From IMG/VR virus record IMGVR_UViG_3300002180_000062, positions 1 to 24,202 of that record: a stretch of DNA of 24,202 nt, one strand, 5' to 3'. The notes beneath the pieces are model-generated. The model searched no databases. It was not told the origin of the DNA and saw only the letters and a program-made list of their open reading frames with translations. Of this stretch, positions 1 through 6,126 are shown piece after piece (position 1 is the stretch's first letter; each line of letters opens with the position of its first letter). Position numbers and translations under genes: made by a program. The DNA comes from a virus (Duplodnaviria > Caudoviricetes).

Positions 1-101
1 TTACGAGCCTACCCGAAGGGTTGAGCGTCGGCGGCAACTTAGACCTTGAAGGCACGGGCATTACGAGCCTACCCGAAGGGTTGAGCGTCGGCGGCAACTT
101 A
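1..101 (+). repeat. 60-bp-period tandem repeat (coding)
   Basis: nt 1-41 are identical to nt 61-101 (TTACGAGCCTACCCGAAGGGTTGAGCGTCGGCGGCAACTTA). Confidence 0.95.
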
Positions 102-119
102 TACAAAGATTTCGAATAA
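1..119 (+). CDS. 3' end of a leucine-rich-repeat-like phage protein (20-aa repeat unit), partial
   Basis: Not in the ORF track. Frame starting at nt 3 reads TSLPEGLSVGGNLDLEGTG-ITSLPEGLSVGGNLYKDFE* (TAA 117-119); LxxLPxxLxVGGxLxL is an LRR-like unit seen in phage proteins. Confidence 0.75.
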   Translation, partial: TSLPEGLSVGGNLDLEGTGITSLPEGLSVGGNLYKDFE

Positions 120-150
120 AACTTAAACTTACTAAATAGAGGAAATAAAA

Positions 151-720
151 ATGCCACAATTTGATGATACTCACGTAAAGATACTCGGCTGTTTTGTTGT
201 TTGGGACGGAATTACTCGACCCGATAAGAACCAAGATGGATCGCCGAAATACTCGCTCAAGGTCGTTTGTAACCCGAACAGCCCCGATCTTGCTCTGTTT
301 CAATCGTTGGCTAATACGTCGCTGCAGCAGTCGAAATTCCAAGGCGTACTGCCGCAAGGCGGACGCATGCCGATTGGCCAAGCTATGCCGACCGAATTTA
401 ACGGCATGTACAACGGCTGGGCGGTTCTAAACTGTAACACTCAACGCCTGCCAGACGTTTACGACGAAAACGGTCAACGTCTCGACCCAATGCAATACGG
501 ACAGGCGCTATATGGCGGCCAGCAGGTTGATGTTTTGCTTCACTGTTATGAGTACGACAAAGCAGGCAACAAAGGTATCGCGACCGGTCTTGATGCGTTC
601 TCGATCATTGCAAGCGCAAATGCCCAACGCCAGAACTTTGGCGGCAGCGGAGTTGATACTTCTCGCGCATTTGGTGGCGGTCAACCGCAGCAGGCGCATA
701 ATTTCATGCCTCAGCGGTAA
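151..720 (+). CDS. ssb: Phage single-stranded DNA-binding protein (DUF2815 / Enc34-like OB fold)
   Basis: GAGGA SD at ~139-143; motifs PKYSL, LYGGQQVDVLLHCYEYDKAGNKGIATGL and FGG match the DUF2815 pattern (YxGxxV...YxY...GNKGIxxGL); upstream of a PolA gene as is usual for this family. Confidence 0.8.
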   Translation: MPQFDDTHVKILGCFVVWDGITRPDKNQDGSPKYSLKVVCNPNSPDLALFQSLANTSLQQSKFQGVLPQGGRMPIGQAMPTEFNGMYNGWAVLNCNTQRLPDVYDENGQRLDPMQYGQALYGGQQVDVLLHCYEYDKAGNKGIATGLDAFSIIASANAQRQNFGGSGVDTSRAFGGGQPQQAHNFMPQR

Positions 721-730
721 TCACCACTTC

Positions 731-762
731 GCCGCCGGGTCAATACGACGGGCGGCCTTTTT
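731..762 (+). terminator. Rho-independent terminator after ssb
   Basis: GCCGCC (731-736) pairs with GGCGGC (751-756), inner GTC/GAC pairs, followed by CTTTTT. Confidence 0.7.
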
Positions 763-781
763 AACGTAGGGCTCCCAAAAT

Positions 782-973
782 ATGTGTAAAGACAACGAAC
801 ATGACCTCCAAGTAATTACCCGAATTCACCCTAGCTGGGACGACTCCGAAAAAGTTGTTCGATGGTGCGCCCAATGCGGGGCTATAGTTGGAGATTTGGA
901 GATAGACAATCGAACTCGTCCGGGTGCGTGGGGGAAAATGCGCTTTCCGGCTTCGGCACTCGAGGGCATTTGA
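782..973 (+). CDS. Small hypothetical protein, possible zinc-binding (C-x4-H ... CxxC)
   Basis: 63 aa, TAGGG SD-like sequence upstream, VRWCAQCGAI motif, packs tightly against the next gene. Confidence 0.65.
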   Translation: MCKDNEHDLQVITRIHPSWDDSEKVVRWCAQCGAIVGDLEIDNRTRPGAWGKMRFPASALEGI

Positions 974-974
974 C

Positions 975-1217
975 ATGTATTTCTATAAAAAGCAAGGAAA
1001 ACAGCACGTCGATTTGAGGGGCGATTTTGTCCTTAGCCATAACGACTCGCTGATTAAAACCCGAGTCAAAAGCGCCGCCCCACGGTTCGCCCATAACGGC
1101 ACGTATATTCTCCAAGTCGGCAAGCATAAGATCAAGGCAACGTTCGCTGCTATCGCATTTATCTGGGGCAAGAATACCGCACTGACACCCGAAGCAATCG
1201 AGGAGGATGGACTATGA
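975..1217 (+). CDS. Hypothetical protein (80 aa, MYFYKKQG...)
   Basis: Start re-called to ATG 975 (GAGGG SD at 962-966, 1 nt after the upstream stop); ATGA overlap with the next gene at 1214-1217. Confidence 0.65.
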   Translation: MYFYKKQGKQHVDLRGDFVLSHNDSLIKTRVKSAAPRFAHNGTYILQVGKHKIKATFAAIAFIWGKNTALTPEAIEEDGL

Positions 1218-1819
1218 AACTAGCGACTTTAGACAAATTCAGTCGAAAGGCGGCATACCAAGCAGTTCTTGCCATGAAGCAGGACGATCGCGTGCCGCCC
1301 GGCAAACAACTTGATAAACTTTTAAATTTTTTCGCTCCCGCGTTACCGAAAAAAGCTAAATCCGCCGAGCAAGGGGTAGGTATGGCGTGCGGTATTAAAG
1401 ACGTCCGAGAATTCACGCACTACATTCATGTGAAAAACGGCATAGCGACCGCCACCGATGGTCATAGAATGCACTGGGCGGACACTTACCTACCTGACGG
1501 GACTTACGATCCTAAAACGCAATTGCGGGTCGACTATAAGGGCACGCTGCCCGACCTCGATAGGGTAAAGGCTCCGTTTAACGCGCCAAACTCATGCAGA
1601 ACCGTCGAGGCGGAACCGTGTCTAAGTTCCCCCGGAACAAAAACCAAGCCATTTCAATTCGTAAAATTCACCAACGGCGGGGCGGTTCGAGCCGACTATT
1701 TAAAAGCGGCAACCAACGGCAAGGATTTAACGGTTTTTGTTGATAGTGTGAACGCGGAAAACGGTTGCACCGGGAACTCGGAGTACGGCAAATTCCGTAT
1801 TATGGGGGTGCGAGTATGA
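1214..1819 (+). CDS. Truncated DNA polymerase III beta-clamp (DnaN)-like protein
   Basis: KDVREF...ATATDGHRMH, GTLPDLDRV and C-terminal FRIMGVRV parallel DnaN QDVRYY...VATDGHRLA, GRFPDYRRV and YVVMPMRL; GAGGAGG SD; 201 aa versus 366 aa for E. coli DnaN. Confidence 0.65.
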   Translation: MKLATLDKFSRKAAYQAVLAMKQDDRVPPGKQLDKLLNFFAPALPKKAKSAEQGVGMACGIKDVREFTHYIHVKNGIATATDGHRMHWADTYLPDGTYDPKTQLRVDYKGTLPDLDRVKAPFNAPNSCRTVEAEPCLSSPGTKTKPFQFVKFTNGGAVRADYLKAATNGKDLTVFVDSVNAENGCTGNSEYGKFRIMGVRV

Positions 1820-4173
1820 AACGCCTATTATTCGGGCGACATACGTTCGAACATTATGTTGGCGAACATCTTGATCCGGATGAATGGCCAGCCGACGCAA
1901 CTCAACTTTCCGCCAATACTCCAATCTCGGTAGACCTCGGCACGTCGCTTGTATTGCCTTCAATGGATTTCGAGACGTATAGCGAGGCAGGTTTCAATAT
2001 CGACCCCCAGACGGGCAAGGTGAAAGGCGTAGGCGCGCAAGGTAAAGGCGGTCTGCCGGTCGTCGGTACGCCGAACTATGCCTGCCATGATTCGACCGAA
2101 GTACTCTGTTTGTATTATGATTTGAAAGACGGCAAAGGCAGACGGGCGTGGTACCCAGGGTTTCCCGATCCGCTTGATTTAATCGCCCACATTCAAAACG
2201 GCGGGTTGATCGAAGCGTGGAACGTGACCTTTGAGTTTTGGATTTGGAATATGGTCTGCACCAAGCGTTACGGCTGGCCAGTGTTAGAACTCGAACAATG
2301 CCGGTGCGCTATGGCCAAATCAAGACGGCATAGCCTTCCGGGCGCATTGGGTAAAGCTGCTGCAGTTCTCGGCACCCTAGAAAAAGACAAAGAAGGTGGC
2401 CGGTTAATCCAGAAACTAACCAGACCCCATACGCCAGCCAAAAACCGACCCGAGCACCGATGGACGCCAGCGACGGCGTGGGACGACTTTGTAAAATTTT
2501 ACGCCTACTGCGACGTCGATGTTCAAACCGAAGATCACGCCTCTGCAATGATCCCCGACCTAAGCCCGCAAGAGTTCGCTACCTGGCAAATGGATCAGAC
2601 CATAAACGTTCGCGGCGTGCCGGTCGATACTGAAGCACTCGACGCCATGCTGGACATACTTGGCCAGACTGAACGCAAATATACAATGGAGCTCGGCCAG
2701 ATAACTCAAGGCGCGGTGGGTTCAGTGTCCGAAGTGGCCAAGTTCGTGGACTGGCTCGGGTCGGTCGGGCTCAGTATGCCGAATATGCAGAAACAAACCG
2801 TCTCTGATACGCTCAAGCGTGAAGACATTCCGCCGGTCGCTCGAAGGGCACTAGAAATACGCGATACACTCGGCGCGGCCAACGTCAAGAAACTCCGAAC
2901 GCTTAAACTGCAGGTCAGTAGCGACGGACGACTTCGCGACCAGTACATGTACTGCGGAGCCGATAGAACAGGGCGCGCTTCGGCGGGCGGCGTTCAATTG
3001 CAAAACATCACGTCGAAAGGTCCGAAGTCGGCTCAGTGTGAAGCGTGCGAAGAATTTTTTAACCCGGACGAGTGGGCCAGTGAGTGCCCGCATTGCGGGT
3101 CTTTCATGTTCCACACGATGTCAGATTGGACGGTTGAAGCGGTTGAATCCGCTATCAAGATGATTTTAACGCGAAAACTCGACCACCTTGAGGTCGTATG
3201 GGGCGACCCGATTACGGTGCTTTGTGGCTGTCTGCGGGGACTACTCATGGCCGTCGAGGGCAAGGATTTCATTTGCTGCGACTTCTCGGCGATTGAAGCG
3301 GTGGCGGCGGCGTGCTTATCTCGTTGCCAATGGCGGATCGAAGTATTCAGCGGCCATGGCAAAATATACGAGCAAAGCGCGGCCAACGCCACCGGCATTC
3401 CGTTTCAAGAAATCCTCGACTACAAGAAGAAAAACGGCATGCACCACCCCGCCCGAAAGACTATCGGCAAGGTGCGAGAACTGGCCGGTGGGTACGGCGG
3501 TTGGATCGGAGCATGGACAAATTTCGGCGCAGATAAATTCATGAACGAGGACGAGATTAAGCAGGACGTCCTCAAGTGGCGTGAAGAATCGCCCGAAATC
3601 GTCGAGATGTGGGGCGGTCAATTCCGCTGGTGCGGTCCGGGGAAATGGGACTACCGACCGGAGCTTTTCGGTCTTGAAGGCGCGGCGATTAACGCCATCC
3701 TTTACCCTGGCCAATGTTTCAGCCATATCGATATAACCTACGCGGTGCGCGACTATATTCTTTATTGCCGTTTGCCTTCAGGACGTTATTTGCATTACCA
3801 CCGCCCACGCCTAGCCGAAGCGCAGGACAAATTGAACAGGGGGCCGTCGTATCAAATCACCTTCGAGGGCTATAACTCAAACAGCGCCAAAGGTCCTATA
3901 GGCTGGCACCGCATGGAGACTTACGGCGGACGCCTATTTGAGAACGTCGTGCAAGCGGTGGCGGCGGACATTCAGTTCGATGCACTACTGCGTTGTGAGG
4001 CAAGAGGCTATCCGATTGTCATGCATACCCACGATGAGGGCACCGCCGAAGTACCGGAGTGGTTCGGAAGTGTTGACGAGATGTCGGCGATAATGTCCGA
4101 ACGTCCCGAGTGGGCTTCATGGTGGCCACTACGCGCCGCCGGTTGGCGACATAAACGATATCAGAAGGATTAA
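1816..4173 (+). CDS. polA: Family A DNA polymerase with 3'-5' exonuclease domain
   Basis: ExoI DFETYS, ExoII AWNVTFE, ExoIII YCDVDV; RTGR and QLQNI; motif A CDFSAIEA; motif B KVRELAGGYG; ENVVQA; motif C HTHDE. Start re-called to ATG 1816 (ATGA overlap with the upstream stop); 785 aa. Confidence 0.95.
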   Translation: MKRLLFGRHTFEHYVGEHLDPDEWPADATQLSANTPISVDLGTSLVLPSMDFETYSEAGFNIDPQTGKVKGVGAQGKGGLPVVGTPNYACHDSTEVLCLYYDLKDGKGRRAWYPGFPDPLDLIAHIQNGGLIEAWNVTFEFWIWNMVCTKRYGWPVLELEQCRCAMAKSRRHSLPGALGKAAAVLGTLEKDKEGGRLIQKLTRPHTPAKNRPEHRWTPATAWDDFVKFYAYCDVDVQTEDHASAMIPDLSPQEFATWQMDQTINVRGVPVDTEALDAMLDILGQTERKYTMELGQITQGAVGSVSEVAKFVDWLGSVGLSMPNMQKQTVSDTLKREDIPPVARRALEIRDTLGAANVKKLRTLKLQVSSDGRLRDQYMYCGADRTGRASAGGVQLQNITSKGPKSAQCEACEEFFNPDEWASECPHCGSFMFHTMSDWTVEAVESAIKMILTRKLDHLEVVWGDPITVLCGCLRGLLMAVEGKDFICCDFSAIEAVAAACLSRCQWRIEVFSGHGKIYEQSAANATGIPFQEILDYKKKNGMHHPARKTIGKVRELAGGYGGWIGAWTNFGADKFMNEDEIKQDVLKWREESPEIVEMWGGQFRWCGPGKWDYRPELFGLEGAAINAILYPGQCFSHIDITYAVRDYILYCRLPSGRYLHYHRPRLAEAQDKLNRGPSYQITFEGYNSNSAKGPIGWHRMETYGGRLFENVVQAVAADIQFDALLRCEARGYPIVMHTHDEGTAEVPEWFGSVDEMSAIMSERPEWASWWPLRAAGWRHKRYQKD

Positions 4174-4177
4174 TATT

Positions 4178-4576
4178 ATGATAGTCAACTACAGGAAGCA
4201 ACCCATGTGTGAATTACAAGAAAGCGTTAATAATTTGAGCGACATCTGCCATTGCGCCGCCGTCGATGGTGGTTGGTGGCATGACCTAGAAACTGGCGAA
4301 CGTCTGAAACGCAATAAAGCCGAACTGCTCTGTTTGATTCATTCCGAGATTTCGGAGTGCTTGGAGGGCGTTCGTAAGGATTGCAAAGACACCCACCTGA
4401 AGCACCGCAAAATGGAGGAAGTCGAGCTGGCCGATGCGTTGATCCGAATTTTTGACTATGCGGGCGCGTTTGGCCTTGATCTTGGCGGTGCATTGGTTGA
4501 AAAATTGAAATATAACCAACAACGTGCCGATCATAAGCCGGAGAACCGCGCCATGGTCGGGGGCAAAAAGATATGA
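4178..4576 (+). CDS. MazG-like nucleoside triphosphate pyrophosphohydrolase
   Basis: LIHSEISECLEG ... EEVELADALIRIFD (ExxE...ExxD all-alpha NTP-PPase motif) and KLKYNQQR; the start may be the second Met (MCELQ). Confidence 0.85.
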   Translation: MIVNYRKQPMCELQESVNNLSDICHCAAVDGGWWHDLETGERLKRNKAELLCLIHSEISECLEGVRKDCKDTHLKHRKMEEVELADALIRIFDYAGAFGLDLGGALVEKLKYNQQRADHKPENRAMVGGKKI

Positions 4577-4768
4577 GGACGCTCAATGAGATAACCGCCG
4601 CCGCCCCGACGTAATAGAAGGTCGCAAAGGCGTCGTCAATTTTTGTACCAGCCCAAGCAAACGATAGGGTGCAAATACTGAAAACAATTACTGCTGTTCG
4701 ATCTTGCTTATGGCAGATGATAGCAGAGAGCGCAATCAGTGTTAGTACAAAAACACTTAAGGCAACAT
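4570..4768 (-). pseudogene. Start-less / frameshifted 3-TM membrane protein reading frame
   Basis: Frame from 4769 reads NVALSVFVLTLIALSAIICHKQDRTAVIVFSICTLSFAWAGTKIDDAFATFYYVGAAAVISLSVLISF with no in-frame ATG; the ATG at 4768-4766 is one base out of frame. It fills an otherwise empty ~190-bp gap. Confidence 0.5.
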
Positions 4769-4769
4769 T

Positions 4770-4997
4770 TTACTGTGTGTCGGGTTTTGGCCGAGTTTTC
4801 CCGTCTCCGCCCGCGCTCGGAGTTGCAACAACTTTTGGTCTTTCACGGGCAGAACAACAAAGATCGTCATAAACTACGGTTTCAAATTCCTCACCGTCCT
4901 GTATTACCTGTTGTTGCGCGCCGTTGTTGTCTTTGTAATCGATTACGACTTCTCTATCATCAGCGCAATGCGCCGAAACTTTAATTGAGGTTGTCAT
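4770..4997 (-). CDS. Hypothetical protein (75 aa, MTTSIKVSAHC...)
   Basis: Start re-called to ATG 4997 with GGAG SD (GGAGAAATAGT-ATG), 1 nt after the upstream stop; the longer TTG-start call overlaps the upstream gene. Confidence 0.7.
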   Translation of the reverse strand: MTTSIKVSAHCADDREVVIDYKDNNGAQQQVIQDGEEFETVVYDDLCCSARERPKVVATPSAGGDGKTRPKPDTQ

Positions 4998-4998
4998 A

Positions 4999-5295
4999 CT
5001 ATTTCTCCGGTTTGTTGTGTGCTTCATGTGAAAGTTCTTCGACAGGTTCAATCCGGTGGAGTAGATCGTCAACTTTCGCCTGTAGTTCAAGTATCTGTGG
5101 AATTCTGCAACTTTGCTGCGCCTTGCGTTCCTCGAACCGTACATCGATGTATCGGTTAACAATAGAACCGAGATTAAGCCCGTTAAAAAATAGCCATATC
5201 GACGAAACAAAAGCGATACCTGCGACGCCCCAAAACCAGTTCGGGACGCGATCTATTGCTTTCTTCTCGACGTCGGCTATGGTGTCTTCGTTCAT
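4999..5295 (-). CDS. Single-TM membrane protein with C-terminal coiled coil (lysis-cassette accessory; i-spanin- or antiholin-like topology)
   Basis: TM WFWGVAGIAFVSSIWLFF then heptad-like ILELQAKVDDLLHRIEPVE; ATGA overlap with the holin. Confidence 0.6.
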   Translation of the reverse strand: MNEDTIADVEKKAIDRVPNWFWGVAGIAFVSSIWLFFNGLNLGSIVNRYIDVRFEERKAQQSCRIPQILELQAKVDDLLHRIEPVEELSHEAHNKPEK

Positions 5296-5717
5296 TTCGC
5301 ACCATGTTTGTTTTTGGAGTGTTTATCATAAGTTCTGTTAACCGCGTAACCCGTATAGCCTACTCCAAAGAGCGTCCACATCGCGTCAGGAATGGCCGCC
5401 AACCAAAGCTGCAGTCCAGTTGCAATGCGTTCTGCAATTTCAGGCTGAAACGCCGACAAAACGCCCATAGGGATGGCGGTTAGAATCATAAGGTACATGA
5501 CATATAAAAACGACGGTCTTGCTCTAGACGTCCAAGGGTCTTTCGAGTTTGCTTCTGCGATAATTGCAGACATTCCGATCTCAAGTTCCTTTAGTTTTCC
5601 TTGCTGAGCCAAAGTTTGCAATTTAAGCTTTGCCGCTGATTTTTCTTCGTCGCTGGTAAAAAGCGAATCGATTAATCCAAAACCTGCTGAAATTACATCG
5701 CCGATAATTGGTGTCAT
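5292..5717 (-). CDS. Holin, 3TM (GTA-holin / DUF3154-like family)
   Basis: GLIDSLFTSDEEK, AEANSKDPWTSRARP, two hydrophobic segments, GYTGY..RTYDK; directly downstream of the endolysin. Confidence 0.8.
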   Translation of the reverse strand: MTPIIGDVISAGFGLIDSLFTSDEEKSAAKLKLQTLAQQGKLKELEIGMSAIIAEANSKDPWTSRARPSFLYVMYLMILTAIPMGVLSAFQPEIAERIATGLQLWLAAIPDAMWTLFGVGYTGYAVNRTYDKHSKNKHGAK

Positions 5718-5721
5718 AACA

Positions 5722-6126
5722 TTACTCCACTAATTGAATGTGCGGCATATCCCAGCCGTAAAGTTTAGAGCGGCTAGACTTCCAAAGACCGCCCCATTTG
5801 ACTCTGTAACCAAGCGTCGAGGCGGCCTGTAAGAATGCCGCTGCCACCATGGCCAGGTGCTCGGGATCCCAGCTTGCTTTCCCGTCTACATACGCGTAAA
5901 AGTCCAACGCGTTGCCTGATTGGTGTTCGCTTAGTTTCTCAAAGCCGTCGGCCTTTGATTTGCCTTCTTTAAATAGTTGGTTTTGCGTTTCGGCGGTTCG
6001 CTTACCTGCAACCCTACCGTGACCAAAATCAACCAGCGAAATAGTGATCGCTAGGTCGCTTATTTGGATTAACCGGACGTCAACTTCTGACCGGTTACGC
6101 TTTGATCTTTCACTGAGAGCAAACAC
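5722..6126 (-). CDS. Endolysin, M15 family L-Ala-D-Glu peptidase
   Basis: RTAETQNQL..GKS, SEHQSGNALDF (H-x6-D), WGGLW, DMPHIQL zinc-peptidase motifs. Confidence 0.9.
   Translation of the reverse strand: MFALSERSKRNRSEVDVRLIQISDLAITISLVDFGHGRVAGKRTAETQNQLFKEGKSKADGFEKLSEHQSGNALDFYAYVDGKASWDPEHLAMVAAAFLQAASTLGYRVKWGGLWKSSRSKLYGWDMPHIQLVE

Noticed and set aside
1-101. Repeat-spacer-repeat appearance resembling a CRISPR array or terminal repeat
   Set aside because: The 60-nt period is an exact 20-codon unit in an open frame; only two copies are visible and there are no cas genes.
1765-1815. Longer polA start given by the ORF track
   Set aside because: It overlaps the upstream gene by 55 nt; ATG 1816 gives a standard ATGA coupling. 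The same reasoning was applied to the track starts at 924, 10412 and 19152.
1816-4576. PolA plus MazG as a 2-aminoadenine (Z-genome) DpoZ/MazZ system
   Set aside because: No purZ or datZ in the window and no diagnostic features I can verify by eye; cannot be supported without the rest of the genome.
4998-5210. TTG-started signal-peptide-like extension (MFRRYGYFLTGLISVLLLTD) in the +1 frame of the 98-aa gene, suggesting an embedded Rz1-like o-spanin
   Set aside because: No lipobox cysteine follows the hydrophobic stretch, and ATG 4997 has a much better SD.
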